Below, piece by piece: positions 9,814-19,951 of a stretch of DNA of 64,000 bases (positions are counted from its first letter, which is position 1; each line of letters starts with the position of its first letter). The position numbers and the translations under genes were made by a program. The DNA is from an uncultured Chloroflexia bacterium (GTDB lineage Bacteria > Chloroflexota > Dehalococcoidia > DSTF01 > JALHUB01). Under the pieces are notes generated by a model that was given only the letters and a program-made list of their open reading frames with translations, made no database searches and had not been told where the DNA came from. The stretch spans positions 1 to 64,000 of the forward strand of contig CAVSBT010000019.1 of the NCBI GenBank assembly GCA_963726245.1. The letters run 5' to 3'.

Positions 9814-10746
9814 ATGAAGAGCATGCGGCGCCTGGAGGCGCCAGCGGCGACGAGCCTCTTCGAGCGCATCCAGCGCAGCCCCCTGCGCAACCTGGACCCT
9901 CGCTTCACCCCTGAGGCGGACGTGGAGCGACTCGCAGAAAGAGCGCCCCGAGCTGGTGGCGGCCGAGGAGAAGGCGGTCGTCCTCCTCAAGCCCTTGGGC
10001 GACTGGCTCTGGCTGACTACGGCTTCAAAGACGCCGACGCCCTGAGGCAGCGCTTTCAACCCCTGCTGGAGAGGCTGGTGAAGGGGCTGGACGCCGCTCG
10101 CTGGCCGGGCGGCATCCTCGTCCGCTTCACTGATCATCCGAACCGGCCCTTCATCGAGCCGGTGCTGACGGGCTGCGCCTTCGAGCTCACCCACGAGTGG
10201 ATGGAGATGGACCTCCTCGAACTGCCGGAGGGCGACTCCGCTCTCGCCGCGGGTGGCGCCGGGCTACCTCCTGCGCCCGGCGACGGAGAGCGACCTGCCG
10301 GAGTACGTCGAGCTGGACCGCCAGGCCTTCGGCGCTCCCCGGCCGATGAGCCTGGCGGCCGCCCGAGAGAAGCTGGCGACCGCGTCCCTCTTCCAGGTGC
10401 TCGTCTCGGAGGCCGACGGGCGGCTGGCCGGCTTTTTCAGCCTCCTGCGCTGGCCTCAGGCCACGGGCGCCGTCGATGACATCGCCGTGCGGCCGGACCT
10501 CCAGGGCCGCGGCCTGGGCGAGGCGATGATGCGCTGGGCGCTGGCCTGGTTCCGCCAGGAGGGGATGCGCCGCGCCTGGCTGGACGTGCTCTGGACAACG
10601 CCCCCGCCCTCTCCCTTTACAGGAAGCTGGGCTTCACCCCCGGCACCACCGGCCTCACCTACCGCCGCCCACTGGGCGAGAGGGAGGTGCGGCGCATCAT
10701 GGAGAGCCAGCGGGGCACCTACATCAAGTTCGGGGGCTGGCGGTAG
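9814..10746 (+). CDS. GNAT-family N-acetyltransferase (several indels)
   Basis: LRPATESDL, IAVRPDLQGRGLGEAMM (acetyl-CoA motif A), DNAPALSLYRKLGF pieced across frames. Confidence 0.75.
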
Positions 10747-10748
10747 CC

Positions 10749-11928
10749 ATGCAGCTCGCCCACCGCATCGAGAAGCTGCCTCCCTACCTCTTCGTCGAGA
10801 TCAGCCGCAAGATCGCCGAGAAGAGGGCGCAGGGGGTCGATGTCATCTCCTTCGGCATCGGCGACCCGGACATGCCGACGCCGCCGCACGTCATCGACGC
10901 CCTGGTCGAGGCCGCCCGCGACCCGGCCAGCCACCGCTACCCGGAGACGGAGGGCCTGCCCGAGTTCCGGCGCGCCGTCGCCGAGCTGGTACGAGCGGCG
11001 CTTCGGCCTCTCCTTCGACCCGCAGCGGGAGGTGCTGAGCCTCATCGGCTCCAAGGACGGCATCGGGCACGTCGCCCTCTGCTTCATCGACCCCGGCGAC
11101 GTGGCCCTGGTGCCGGACCCGGGCTACCCGGTGTACGCCGTCGGCACCCTCTTCGCCGGCGGCGAGCCCTACTACCTGCCTCTGCGCGAGGAGAACGGCT
11201 TCCTGCCCGACCTGGACGCCGTGCCGGCGGACGTGGCCCGTCGCGCGAAGCTGCTCTGGCTCAACTACCCCAACAACCCCACCGGCGCCGTGGCCGACCT
11301 CGACTTCTTCGAGCGCGCGGTGGCCTTCGCCCGCCGCCATGACCTGGCCGTCTGCCACGACGGCCCCTACAGCGAGGTGGCCTTCGACGGCTACCGGCCG
11401 GTGAGCTTCCTCCAGGCCGCCGGCGCCCGCGAGGTGGGGGTGGAGTTCCACTCCCTCTCCAAGACCTACAACATGACGGGCTGGCGCATCGGCATGGCGG
11501 TGGGCAACGCCGCGATGATCGACGCCCTCATGCGGGTGAAGTCGAACCTGGACTCGGGGGTGCCGCAGGCCATCCAGCGCATGGCCGATCGCCGCCCTGG
11601 AGGGCCCCCAGGACTGCATCGACGAGCACAACGCCGTCTACCAGCGCCGCCGCGACCGCCTGGTCGAGGCGCTGCGGGCTCTGGGCCTGGCGGTGCAGCC
11701 GCCGAGGGCCAGCCTCTACGTCTGGGCGCGCGTCCCCGAAGGCTACACCTCGATGGAGTTCGCCACCCGCCTGCTGGACGACGTGGGCGTGGTGGTGACG
11801 CCGGGCGTCGGCTACGGCGCGGCCGGCGAGGGCTACGTGCGCCTCTCCCTCACCATCCCCGACGACCGGCTCGAGGAGGGGCTAAGGCGGCTCGGGGGTG
11901 GAGGGCCGAGACAGGCGGCGGGGGATGA
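10749..11928 (+). CDS. dapL: LL-diaminopimelate aminotransferase (indels near 10985, 11590, 11895)
   Basis: [53 protein letters not shown] (PLP lysine); next to dapF. Confidence 0.9.
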
Positions 11929-11947
11929 CACACGAGGAGCTGCCGAG

Positions 11948-12827
11948 ATGAGGACGCACAAGTTCAAACAGGTGGATGTCTTCACAGACCGTCCGTTCTC
12001 CGGCAACCCGTTGGCGGTGGTGCTGGACGCGGACGGCATCGACGCGGACGAGATGCAGCGCATCGCAGCGTGGACGAACCTCTCTGAGACCACGTTTGTC
12101 CTGCCGCCGGAAGCACCAGGTGCGGACTACCGGTTGCGCATCTTCACACCGGCAAGAGAACTCCCCTTCGCTGGGCACCCGACCATCGGCTCCGCACATG
12201 CCGTGCTGGAGGCGGGGATCGTGCCCGGCGGGACGCGAAGAGTTGCGACAGGAGTGCGGCGCCGGTATCCTGCCCATCCGTGTCGAGGGCGACGGAGGAG
12301 GGCGCGTGATCTTCGCGCGAGCGCCGGAGGCGAAGGTCGTGCGCGACTTCAGCACCTCCGTCGACGCGCTGTCGGAAGCTCTGGGAACGCGGGTAAGCGC
12401 AGAACCGCCGCCGGCCTCAGTGAGCAACGGGCCGGTCCACCTGTTCGTCCGCCTCGAGAGCGCCGCGGCGGTCCGCGAGCTCCGTCCGGACATGGCGGCC
12501 CTGGTGCGGCTGAGCCGCGACTTCTCCCTCACCACCGTGGCTGTCTTCGCGCTCCTCGAGGGCGAGCCAGAGGCTGTGCACATCCGTTGCTTCGCACCAG
12601 CGGCGGGCGTTCCCGAAGACCCGGTCACCGGCAGCGCCAACGCCGCTCTCCCCGCTTACCTGGCCCACCACGGCCTCCTGGGCCGCGTGGGCCGCGCCTA
12701 CGTCGCGCGGCAGGGCGAAGAGCTGGGCCGCGCGGGACGCGTGCATATACGGGTGCTGGACGACGAAGGGCGGGCGGAGTTCGGCGGCAGGGCGATCACG
12801 GTGATTGAGGGGGAGATGAGTCTGTGA
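11948..12827 (+). CDS. PhzF-family isomerase/epimerase (indel near 12238)
   Basis: [50 protein letters not shown]. Confidence 0.9.
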
Positions 12828-12876
12828 GGGCTAGCCCCACTCCTGTCGTGGACTCCCCTCCCTCACCGTCGCAACA

Positions 12877-13635
12877 CTAGATCCGCATTAGCAGCACGGA
12901 CACGCTGAGGGCCACCGTCGAGAACGCCAGCAGAAGCAGGGCGCGCTCGTCGGCGGCCAGGGCCAGCTTCTTGCTGATCGCTTCCCTTCGACCGTCGGCG
13001 TAGGTAACCGTTCCCTCCAGCGTCGCCACACCGCGGCGGATGGTGCGCACTCTTCGGCTCAAGATGCGCTGGGCCAGGCTCAGCGCGAAGCAGGTGACCG
13101 CCCCCGCGGCCGCCGCCGGAGCCAGCTTCTCGGCGCTGGCCCAGTAGGCGGTGAGGAAGGGGAAGGAGCCCCAGGCCGCCGCAAACCAGAAGTCGGAGTG
13201 GAAACGCCCGCCGAACCACTCGAGGTTATAGGCGGGAGCGATGAACACCCCGAAAGCGACAAAGGCCAGCAGCCACATCGAGGCGAATGCAGCCCCCACG
13301 ATCCCCAGAGAGGCCGCTCCAGCCAGGGACAGGATGGCCAGCGCCCAGAGCACGCGGCCCGGTATGTGCGTCCTCAGGGGGCGGCCCGCGAGCTCGTCGA
13401 GGGAGTGGGCGCCGATGCCGACAGCCAGGAAGAAGGCCAGGAGAGTCGCCCCCAGGCGGTCGTAGCGCACGGTGGGGGAAAGCGCCGCGCCCAGGACGAC
13501 ATAGCTGAGGTGCCAGAGGGTGTACGGCGGGTGGAGGAGCGTAACGTAGTCCCGCCAGAGGCCGGGCCTCAGAGCGTAGAAGGCGGGAAGCTCATGTAGC
13601 TTCGGCTTCTGATCTTCGCCGGCGACGGTCTTCAT
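12877..13635 (-). CDS. Multi-pass membrane protein, distantly UbiA prenyltransferase-like
   Basis: About 7 hydrophobic segments; LHPPYT..HLSY, AHSLDEL.GRPL, AYNLE; start overlaps the stop of the upstream methyltransferase. Confidence 0.6.
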   Translation of the reverse strand: MKTVAGEDQKPKLHELPAFYALRPGLWRDYVTLLHPPYTLWHLSYVVLGAALSPTVRYDRLGATLLAFFLAVGIGAHSLDELAGRPLRTHIPGRVLWALAILSLAGAASLGIVGAAFASMWLLAFVAFGVFIAPAYNLEWFGGRFHSDFWFAAAWGSFPFLTAYWASAEKLAPAAAAGAVTCFALSLAQRILSRRVRTIRRGVATLEGTVTYADGRREAISKKLALAADERALLLLAFSTVALSVSVLLMRI

Positions 13636-14336
13636 GCGGCCTTCACCCCCCACATGACCAGCGCGCCGCCGAGGGACAGGCGCTTGCCTGCCACCTGCGG
13701 GAAGCCGCAGTCCCGCCAGAGCTCCGCCAGACGGGGCTCCGGCCACCGGCGGTAGAACTCGCGGATGCTCTGGCCCAGGAAGAAGCCGACCCTCCTCCAG
13801 GACGGCGACAGCACCGCGCCACCGAGGGGAAGCACCAGCGACGTGTAGAGACGCCAGAGGGGGTACACCGCCGGCCCGGGCACCGCAAAGTCGAGTGAGA
13901 GCATGACACCTCCCGGCCGGAGCACGCGCGCCATCTCTGTGAGCGTTGAAGGGACGTCGGTGACATACCTGAGAAGATAGGTGAAGATCACCGCGTCGAA
14001 CGCCCGGTCCGCGAAGGGTATCGACTCCGCGGTGCACTCCAGCAGGTCCAGTCGGCCCACCATGCCGTCTCGCGCTGCCCGCGCTTTCGCCTGCATCAGC
14101 ATCGGCCGCGTGATGTCGGCGCCCACGATGCGGGCGTCCGTGCTCTCGGCGACCCGGAAGGCGACGGCGCCTGTGCCCGTGGCGATATCCAGCACCCGTG
14201 GCTCGTCCAGCGGGGGCAACTTCGACAGCATGAATCGATGCCATCGACTGTACTGAAGAAGGCTGAGCACCTCCGCCGGCCGGTCATAGTTCGAGGCTAG
14301 ACTGGCCCATTCAACCTGCTTTGAAGGGTGGTCCAA
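13632..14336 (-). CDS. Class I SAM-dependent methyltransferase, UbiE/MenG-like
   Basis: YDR...LS, VLDIATGTG, IPFADRAFD, LRYV, EMARVLRPGG. Confidence 0.85.
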   Translation of the reverse strand: MDHPSKQVEWASLASNYDRPAEVLSLLQYSRWHRFMLSKLPPLDEPRVLDIATGTGAVAFRVAESTDARIVGADITRPMLMQAKARAARDGMVGRLDLLECTAESIPFADRAFDAVIFTYLLRYVTDVPSTLTEMARVLRPGGVMLSLDFAVPGPAVYPLWRLYTSLVLPLGGAVLSPSWRRVGFFLGQSIREFYRRWPEPRLAELWRDCGFPQVAGKRLSLGGALVMWGVKAA

Positions 14337-14354
14337 GCGTCTTCACCTCCCCAA

Positions 14355-14708
14355 TTATGTCGGGTCCAACGACCCCTCCCTGCCTATCCAGCCCTTCTCG
14401 ATGGCCATCTTGACTAGGGCCTGAAATTCAGAGGCCGGTGCCATCAGCGCATACTGCCCCCAACACCACCTCCCACGCATCCGACCTGTCTTGCCGATGA
14501 TGTAATAGCCGAGGCGAAGCTCCTCGCTGCCCTCGTCGTACTGGATACGTTGGAAGACGTAGATACAGCCTCGGGACTTTGGCGGTTCGCGGCGGATCTC
14601 ATCGATGACGACGAAGGGCCAAACTTCACCGAGGGGCCCTCTGGTCTCGCCCCTCTTACCCACTGTTGAAGGCAGAGGCGGGAGCGTATCCGGTGTTCTC
14701 TCGGCCAT
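14355..14708 (-). CDS. Hypothetical protein (lower GC)
   Basis: ATG at 14708 with ggaggtg RBS; globular-looking ELRLGYYIIGK...WCWGQYA; no family recognised. Confidence 0.6.
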   Translation of the reverse strand: MAERTPDTLPPLPSTVGKRGETRGPLGEVWPFVVIDEIRREPPKSRGCIYVFQRIQYDEGSEELRLGYYIIGKTGRMRGRWCWGQYALMAPASEFQALVKMAIEKGWIGREGSLDPT

Positions 14709-14903
14709 CAGCACACCTCCACGTATTCCTGCACCAAGCATAGCACCTCGTCGTAGCTGGGCGACAAGGAGTCAATGGGTGTGCTGATACCTCTCCCCAG
14801 GCGGAACCGACGTCAGCCTTAGCACAACCGAGAGCTGACCGGGTTATGACCGGGGGTCTCGACCCACAGAATGCCCGCCATGCAGCGGCTCGGCACGGGG
14901 AGA

Positions 14904-15350
14904 CTAGATGGGGGGCTTGACTAGACCAACCTCAATCAACAGGTGCGCGCAGTCGTTGGGGTAGTCGGCTTCCTCATAGAACTTCCAGAACTTCTTTGCT
15001 GCTGTGATGATACACTGCGCCTGCTTGCTCCTCAGGAATATCAGGCGCTCTCGCAAGGCGACAGCATCTACCTCGTGATCAGCCCAGTAATCCAACATGA
15101 AGCCAGAGGTATTCCCGCCTTCATCCCCGACAGTCTCAGCCAGACGTTCCGTAATTGTCATCCGGCTGTCAGCTGTCAAGTACTCACCGCCCACCATCTC
15201 ACAGATCAAGAACGCCTCACCTTCCGTCAGGTCGATGAAGTCACATGGCACCATCTTCGGGGTCGTCGTGGGGGCGTTTGTCGTCGGAGGCTTAGCGGGT
15301 TTCCTAACGGCTGGCGTCGGTGACTTGAACAGATTCTTTAGCCAGCCCAT
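14904..15350 (-). CDS. Hypothetical protein (lower GC)
   Basis: ATG at 15350 after a ggagg RBS; MGWLKNLF amphipathic start, Pro/Thr linker, helical domain. Confidence 0.55.
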   Translation of the reverse strand: MGWLKNLFKSPTPAVRKPAKPPTTNAPTTTPKMVPCDFIDLTEGEAFLICEMVGGEYLTADSRMTITERLAETVGDEGGNTSGFMLDYWADHEVDAVALRERLIFLRSKQAQCIITAAKKFWKFYEEADYPNDCAHLLIEVGLVKPPI

Positions 15351-15553
15351 GAGATGCCTCCCTTTGCCATTCCCAGAATGCCTCGTCACAGCGGCGGGTG
15401 ACAGCGCCGACATGGTACACCACGGTCGCGTCCCGTCAAGTGGCGTAAGAGCAAGTGCGGCGTAGGGGCATTGGGGTGGCTGGGGCGTCAGGCGTCCCTT
15501 GAGTCGCGGGTGTACAATGCGAGTGTCCCCGCTAGTGTTCCGTCAGGAGGTTG

Positions 15554-16075
15554 ATGGTGAAGGATGCCCTCGCGTCGCTGGCCAAGAGCATCGGGGGCCT
15601 AATGCTGTTGCCCGTCCTTCTCTGTCTTTCTGCCATACCGTTCTACTTGTTCGGGGCGTTCCTACTCTGGATGGGCGTGTGGAATGACCCCGCGTCAGTA
15701 GGTGCCTGCCAGATCTATGGCTGGATACCCCATCTTGCGGATTGTCCTGAACGGGCTGAGAGTATGATTCTGACTGGCCAGATCCTCCTGGATGGGCAGC
15801 CCATCCCTCGCGCACAAGAAGGCTCTGGCGAGCAGAATATTGCGTTCCTAATCGCATTCGTTGGCCCCCGCGAAGTTGGAATTGATGAGTTCTACTCGAA
15901 TCCCAGATACACCATAACGATTAGAGGAACGACAGCAATGGAGGGAGAAGAGATTACTTTCCAGTTGCAGCTTTCACCTTCATGCAACAACCCGACTAAG
16001 TGCGCTGCTCCAGAGACCATCCCGTTCAAGTCCGGGATGCGGGAGGTAGACCTCCATTTCGAAAGCAATCGATAG
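15554..16075 (+). CDS. Hypothetical membrane-anchored protein
   Basis: aggagg RBS; N-terminal hydrophobic helix followed by a beta-rich domain with Cys pairs. Confidence 0.55.
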   Translation: MVKDALASLAKSIGGLMLLPVLLCLSAIPFYLFGAFLLWMGVWNDPASVGACQIYGWIPHLADCPERAESMILTGQILLDGQPIPRAQEGSGEQNIAFLIAFVGPREVGIDEFYSNPRYTITIRGTTAMEGEEITFQLQLSPSCNNPTKCAAPETIPFKSGMREVDLHFESNR

Positions 16076-16142
16076 ACCCACCCCCTGGCTCTGGTGCGCG
16101 TGATGTGGCTGTCCCCGCTGGTGTTCGGTCAGGAGGTGCACC

Positions 16143-16433
16143 ATGAAGCGGCTCGCAATCGCAGCGGTAGGGCTTGCCCTAGTTCTCGCCCTAGCGGCAG
16201 CCGTCGTTATCGCGGTGTGGGCCTCCGTGGGTGACGCACCATGGGAGAGCGAGGCCACCTGTCCGGCCTGCGCCTCTCCCCCTCCCTGTCCGTCGCCGTC
16301 ACAAGAAGAGACAGGGAAAATCGCCTGTCTCCAAGGGGGAGGAAGCTGGGTGTATGTCGCAGCTGGTGCTTCCCTTCATCCTACGCTTTGTGGCCCCCAA
16401 ACACAGGCTGCTGGGCCTGTTTTCACCCCCTAG
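16143..16433 (+). CDS. Small secreted or membrane-anchored Cys/Pro-rich hypothetical protein
   Basis: aggaggtg RBS; MKR plus hydrophobic stretch; 3' end may be frameshifted. Confidence 0.55.
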   Translation: MKRLAIAAVGLALVLALAAAVVIAVWASVGDAPWESEATCPACASPPPCPSPSQEETGKIACLQGGGSWVYVAAGASLHPTLCGPQTQAAGPVFTP

Positions 16434-16586
16434 GGACCGGGGGATAAAGGATGCGCCTGGCCTTCGCGGTGCTGGCAACTCTGTCCGTCAAGAGGCGGGG
16501 CGTCAGGTAGCGGGGCCGCCTCGCTTCTCCACGTGCCGTTTCAGAAAGGGTGACTGCGGCGACCACAAAAAAAGGGCGCGTTGCCC

Positions 16587-16614
16587 TTGCAAGTGGCCGT
16601 TCGCATGGTATATT
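16587..16614 (+). promoter_or_regulatory. Strong sigma70-type promoter
   Basis: TTGCAA-16nt-TATATT with TGg extended -10 and an A7 tract at 16567-16573. Confidence 0.6.
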
Positions 16615-16618
16615 CAAT

Positions 16619-16702
16619 ACGACGCCGAAGGCGCACTAATCGTGGTGCGATCCTTACCAGCCCCCACCACGGTCCCAAGCGGCCCTCGGCGTCGTTCTTG
16701 TT
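16619..16702 (+). ncRNA. Candidate small structured RNA (~85 nt)
   Basis: Outer stem acgacgccga/tcggcgtcgt, inner stem cgtggtg/caccacg, U-rich tail; starts at the expected TSS of the promoter; no ORF. Confidence 0.4.
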
Positions 16703-16764
16703 GCGTGCCATATCGTACGCCATGGGCGTGGGTCCGTCAATGCGTGCCCAGAGTAGCCGGAGCG

Positions 16765-16905
16765 CTACAGCAGAGCCTTGATGGTCCTCTTGGCAAGCGC
16801 GAACCGAACCGACAGGGACTCCAGGGGAATGCCCTGCTGGTGGAGGCGGGCGAGATGTGGAACTAGCGCCTGAAGGTAGGCCCGCGCCGACTCACCGGGG
16901 TCCAT
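16765..16905 (-). CDS. 46-aa helix-turn-helix-like small protein or gene remnant
   Basis: MDPGESARAYLQALVPHLARLHQQGIPLESLSVRFALAKRTIKALL resembles resolvase/Hin-type HTH spacing; too short for the ORF track. Confidence 0.35.
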   Translation of the reverse strand: MDPGESARAYLQALVPHLARLHQQGIPLESLSVRFALAKRTIKALL

Positions 16906-17075
16906 GAGCAATCATCCACGGGTGAACGCCATCGGGAGAAGAGAGAAAGCCCTACAAGACACGAGAACATACGAACATGGAGTTGTCAACGGCAGTGCCC
17001 GGCGTTTGGCAGCGGCAAGCTCGTGCGGGTTGTTCTATACTTGTACCCGGCAGGAGCCCAAGGAGGGTTGCGGAC

Positions 17076-18341
17076 ATAACGAATCGTCTTCACACAACCG
17101 CCGAGCCTGAGGAGCGCGCCTACCTCGTCGCCGTTGAGCTGAGGGGCGGCGACGGTTCGGGCCGCACAGCCGGCGGGCCCGCCTCGCCGGCAGGCAGGCG
17201 CTGGGACCCGCGGAGCTCCCTCGAGGAGCTGGCGCTGCTCGCCCAGACCGCCGGCGCCCGGGTTGTCGGGAGCACTGTGCAGAGGTTGCAGCGGCTGCAC
17301 CCCGCCCACTACGTGGGCAAGGGCAAGCTGGCCGAGATCAAGGCGGAGCGGGGGCCTACCAGCTACACCCTGGTCGTCTTCGACGATGAGCTGACGCCGT
17401 CGCAGCAGCGCACCCTGGAGGACGCCCTCCACGTCAAGGTCCTGGACCGCACCGCCCTTATCCTGGACATCTTCGCCCGACGGGCCCGCACCCGCGAGGG
17501 GCGTCTGCAGGTGGACCTGGCGCAGGCCCAGTACCTCCTGCCGCGCCTGGCCGGCCAGTGGAGCCACCTGGAGCGCCTCGAGGGGCACATCGGCACCCGC
17601 GGCCCCGGCGAGACGCAGTTGGAGACGGACCGGCGGCTGGTCCGCACCAAGATCGGCCGCCTGAAGAAGCAGCTCGAGGCGGTGCGGCGCCAGCGCGCCC
17701 TCTACCGGCGGCGGCGTGCCCGGACGGGCGTGCCGGTGGTGGCCCTGGTCGGCTACACCAACGCCGGCAAGAGCACGCTCATGCGCGCCCTCTCGGGGGC
17801 GGACGTCTTCGTGGAGGACCTGCTGTTCGCCACCCTGGACCCGTTGACGCGGCGCGTCGTCCTGCCGGGCGGACGCCGCGTCCTGCTGACCGACACCGTG
17901 GGCTTCATCCAGAAGCTGCCCACCCAACTGGTGGCGGCCTTCCGCGCGACCCTGGAAGAGCTGTCGGAGGCGGACCTGCTGCTGCATGTGGTCGACATAA
18001 CGCACCCCAACGCCGCCGAGCAGTCGGAGGCCGTGGAGCGGACCCTCGCCGCGCTGGAGGTGGCCGAGAAGCCCCGGCTCACCCTCCTCAACAAGGTGGA
18101 CTGCCTGTGCGGCCGCGACGGCTCGCCGGTAGGGGGCCTGGACGACCTGGCAGAGTACGAGCTCTCCTTGAGCATCCACCGGCCCGACGCCTACCTCATC
18201 TCCGCCCTGCGCGGCTGGGGCCTGGACGACGTGCTGGCCCGCATCGAGGAGGCCCTCTTCGAGGAGGTGGCGCCGGGTGCGGAACTGGGCGTTCGAAAAC
18301 GCCGCCGAGAGGTCCCGCCAAACGTAGGGACGGAGCTTTAG
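17076..18341 (+). CDS. hflX: Ribosome-splitting GTPase HflX
   Basis: DDELTPSQQR, DRTALILDIFA, GTRGPGETQLETDRR, GYTNAGKST, LFATLD, DTVGFI, NKVD; start uncertain (ATA at 17076). Confidence 0.96.
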   Translation: MTNRLHTTAEPEERAYLVAVELRGGDGSGRTAGGPASPAGRRWDPRSSLEELALLAQTAGARVVGSTVQRLQRLHPAHYVGKGKLAEIKAERGPTSYTLVVFDDELTPSQQRTLEDALHVKVLDRTALILDIFARRARTREGRLQVDLAQAQYLLPRLAGQWSHLERLEGHIGTRGPGETQLETDRRLVRTKIGRLKKQLEAVRRQRALYRRRRARTGVPVVALVGYTNAGKSTLMRALSGADVFVEDLLFATLDPLTRRVVLPGGRRVLLTDTVGFIQKLPTQLVAAFRATLEELSEADLLLHVVDITHPNAAEQSEAVERTLAALEVAEKPRLTLLNKVDCLCGRDGSPVGGLDDLAEYELSLSIHRPDAYLISALRGWGLDDVLARIEEALFEEVAPGAELGVRKRRREVPPNVGTEL

Positions 18342-18349
18342 CTCCGTCC
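18324..18349. repeat. GTAG-type REP hairpin overlapping the hflX stop
   Basis: gtag-ggacggagc-ttta-gctccgtcc. Confidence 0.65.
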
Positions 18350-18383
18350 TCGACCCGGCCGAAGGGGGCGGGCTGTGCCTGCG

Positions 18384-19938
18384 TTACTCGCCCCTGGCGC
18401 GCTCCCTCTCGATGAGCTCCCGGCGCAGGATCTTCCCCGATAGGCTCTTCGGAATCGCGTCCACCATCTCCACCTGGCGTATCTTCTTATAGGGCGCGAC
18501 TCGCTCCGCCACGAACGCCATCAGCTCGTCGGCCGAGGTGGCGGCGCCTTCGGCCAGCACGACGAAGGCCTTGGGGATCTCGCCGCCCACGGCGTCGCGC
18601 TTGGGGATGACGGCGGCGTCGCGCACCTGCGGGTGCTCCAGCAGCACCGCCTCCAGCTCGGCGGGCGCCACCTGGTAGCCCTTGTACTTGATCATCTCCT
18701 TCTTGCGGTCGTGGATGTAGACGTAGCCGTCTTCGTCCAGTGAGGCGATGTCGCCGGTGCGGAGCCAGCCGTCGACGCTCAGGCTCTCGGCGGTCGCCTC
18801 CGGCCGCTGCCAGTAGCCCTGCATCACCTGCGGCCCGCGGATGAGGAGCTCGCCCGCCTCTCCGAAGGGCAGCTCCTCGCCCGTCTCCAGGTCCACCACC
18901 ATCTCCTCCGTGTCGGGCAGGGGCGGGCCAACGGAGGCGGGCTTGACGCGCCGGATGGGGTTGACGTTCGTCGAGGGGCTGGTCTCGGTGAGGCCGTAGC
19001 TCGGGGTCACCGTGCAGTTGTACATCGTGCCCACGCGCTGAACCACGTCCGGCGGCGTGGGCGCGGCGCCCGAGCGGACGAAGGTCAGGGAGGAGGTGTC
19101 GAAGCGCGAGAGCTCCGGCACGTCGACCATCGCCAGCATGGCGGGCGGCGCCACGAAGAGGTTGGTCACGCGGTGCTTCTCGATGAGATGAAGCATCTGC
19201 TCGACGTCGAACCGCGGCATGATCACCTGGCTGGCTCCGATGGCGAGGCCCGCGTTCAGCAGCACCGAGAGCCCGTAGATGTGGAAGAAAGGCAGGAAGT
19301 CCAGCAGCACCGAGTAGCGGTCCATGTAGCCGATCGCCAGGTTCTGGCGGACGTTGCTGGTGAGGTTGAAGTGGGTCAGCCGCACGCCTTTGGGCAGGCC
19401 GGTGGTGCCGCTGGAGTAGGGGAGCGCCGCCAGGTCATGGTAGGGGTCGATGGCCACCGGCTGCGGCTCGCCCGGCACCTCATCGGCGAGCTGCCAGACG
19501 TCCTCGATGGCGAAGAAGTGGCGCGTCGGCAGGCAGCTTGCCTCGGACGGCCTCCACCAGGGGCGCATGCGAGCGGGAATGGAACAGGGCAACGGCGCCG
19601 GAGTCATTGAGCTGGTACTCCACCTCTCGCTCGCGGTAGAGGGGATTGAGGGTGGTGGCGGCGCCTCCCGCGAGGAGGGTGGAGTAGAAGGCGACCGCGT
19701 ACTCCGGGCTGTTGGGCGCCAGGATGCCCACGCGGTCGCCTCGGGCGATGCCGCGCTCCTGCAGCAGGCGTGCGACCTTGCGGGCCGCCCTCCACACCTG
19801 GGCGAAGGTGTGCTCCCGGCCATCGACCGAGATGAGGGCGGCCTTGTTCGGGTAGCGGGCCGCCGACCACTCCAGCATCTGGGTGAGGGGAACCTTCGGG
19901 TAGGGTTCGAGGCTCAGCCAGGGGCTTCCAACCGGCAT
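18384..19938 (-). CDS. Acyl-CoA synthetase / 4-coumarate-CoA-ligase-like AMP-binding enzyme (indel near 19530)
   Basis: LPYSSGTTGLPKG, LPFFHIYG, YGLTETSP, GWLRTGD, DRKKEMIKYKGYQVAPAELE, IPKSLSGKILRR. Confidence 0.93.
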
Positions 19939-19951
19939 GGACGGCCGCGGC

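Noticed and set aside
11693-12808. Apparent DapL-PhzF fusion ORF
   Set aside because: Artefact of an indel in a G-run near 11895; phzF has its own RBS and ATG at 11948
14341-16440. Orphan genes as integron cassettes
   Set aside because: No RYYYAAC...GTTRRRY attC sites found, genes lie in both orientations, and there is no integron integrase
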